Positions 62,275 to 64,000 of a DNA stretch of 64,000 nucleotides are shown here, in pieces. Below the pieces are notes generated by a model, which worked only from the letters and a program-made list of their open reading frames with translations, ran no database searches and was not told where the DNA came from. Source of the stretch: Mobula hypostoma (Eukaryota); NCBI RefSeq assembly GCF_963921235.1, contig NC_086097.1, forward strand, positions 83,144,001 to 83,208,000, in the 5' to 3' direction. Numbering within the stretch: position 1 is the first letter of the stretch; every line of letters starts with the position of its first letter. Made by a program: the position numbers and the translations under genes.

Positions 62275-63767
62275 TATAAGCAATGAAAAATTTTGTACGT
62301 TTTCAAATGGAGGAACTTGGCTAATCTTTTGTGAAAATGAAGCAGACTCCCATGTACACATGTTGTTAATTAGGAGTAAAATTATGTGAGCTGCGTAATC
62401 TATCACCAAGGAAGAATCGGTTTGCATGCTATTGGTATTTAATTTTCCCTTTTTCCTATTTATTTGTCATGGATGTATGACTGTTTTCTTGCAAAAAAAA
62501 AAGTCCATTTATGAGTACTTAATGCAGCGAACTTTTTTCTTGGGGTCCATTGATATTCATTTCTAGCAGAGATCTCTGGCTCAACAAATTGCTATGGGTG
62601 GCTGTACTTTAAAATTACTTTGACTCTCAAATAGTTTGGGATGTCCTGACATCTTGAAAAGTGCAAAGCAAATGCAGATCTTTTTGGCAGCAGTAACTTT
62701 AACTAGTGTTCTGGTTGAGGAAAGGTTCAGTGATCTGTTAATAGTTTCATAAAAAATAATCTAATTAACTTTTTTCCCTTCAAAAACTAATCTTTGTCCA
62801 GTGAAGTGGATGATTCTGTAGTCTGCATTAGAACTTCTGTAACAACCCTGAACATGAAATCTAGATTGCCTCTGTCTAGGTTTGAGTATCTGTTTACTGT
62901 CTGTAGCAAAATAAAAGTCTCGCCATGAGAATTAGTTAGCTACTTATTACTCTAGCAGTGTTTGAAACTAAACTTTTTCAGAAAACAGGCCAATCATAAT
63001 AGAAATTGTACTTCATTGTTATATAATAAAAAGTGTTTTTAATTTTCGCAATTTAATGGCTGCCAAAAAGCACCGTTACCTTATTTTTGTAGGTTACTGT
63101 ACCTCCAATGATTTAATCATGGAGCATGGAACCAGGCCCTTTGATACAACTGCTCCATGCCAGTCCTGAGTCCATTTGAGCTCATTTTGTATTTGAAAAT
63201 AATTCGCTTAAATCGAAAGCTATTACAAATGCATACTTTGTAAACCCACAGCAGGATCCTTGAGCATGAAGAGAAGAGGTTCAAAGTAGTGGGAGATAGA
63301 CAGTTACATAGTTCACTTTTTTAAAGTGTCATCATGGTTTGAGAATGGGCTGTATATCAGCTTCCCAAGAACAGTTGGAGACGGCAATGGACGTTTGATT
63401 TTTGCAGTGATTCCACATCCGGTGAACCAACTAAATAAAAATAAGTGTAATCCTGCTTAAAAATGACAAATAAACAGGGTTTTAAAAGCTGTCTACTTTT
63501 AATATATTTATTAATTTATTTGGTAGTACTCCAAACACTTCTGAACAAAAGTTCTAGTCACTTTGCTGATTAATATCACTGTAGTTTTATAACTATGCAC
63601 TAATTGTGGTGAGTTCTGCCCGCTGCAGATAGCACTGACCCTCAGTGAAGGCTGTCGTGCAGTCAGAAGGAAATCCGTGCGTCATTGAGGCATGGTTCTT
63701 TTTTTAATAGTCTTGCTCTCTGAAGCCTGTATGGGCAAAACACAATGAATTGGATTTTTAAAAACAC

Positions 63768-64000
63768 AAACACGAGGAAATCTGCAGATGCTGGAAATTC
63801 AAGCAACACACATCGAAGTTGCTGGTGAATGCAGCAGGCCAGGCAGCATCTCTAGGAAGAGGTACAGTCGACGTTTTGGGCCGAGACCCTTCGTCAGGAC
63901 TAACTGAAAGAAGAGCTAGTAAGAGATTTGAAAGTGGGAGGGGGAGGGGGAGATCCAAAATGATAGGAGAAGACAGGAGGGGGAGGGATGGAGCCAAGAG
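63768..64000 (-). mobile_element. Penelope terminal repeat running off the window, with hammerhead motif (GAAA>AAAA)
   Basis: Nearly identical to about 26420-26650. Confidence 0.9.

Overview
Eukaryotic, repeat-rich vertebrate DNA. The CR1-dominated repeats, HE1/V-SINE-like SINEs, Rex1/Babar and Penelope families suggest a cartilaginous fish, probably a ray (inference). There is one convincing host coding exon: a CpG-island first exon at 21346-21691 (+), encoding a signal peptide plus an IGFBP domain and ending in a phase-1 GT donor. It most resembles CRIM1 exon 1 but looks too divergent for the usual orthologue, so it may be a paralogue. No cysteine-rich second exon was found, so intron 1 probably runs past the window end (>42 kb). 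Most of the rest is transposable elements: L1, Rex1/Babar, RTE, CR1 (one near full length), Penelope, SINEs, two solo LTRs, a Tc1, a Chapaev3-like element, a pogo/Tigger-like element and MITEs. A 24-copy minisatellite grows out of a SINE tail. The most notable hidden signal is about 10 copies of a minimal, dimer-type hammerhead ribozyme carried by Penelope terminal repeats. Some are 130-bp TSD-flanked insertions, some are palindromic pairs, and one intact copy lies on the sense strand of the gene's first intron. All calls were made by eye and recall; no database searches were run.
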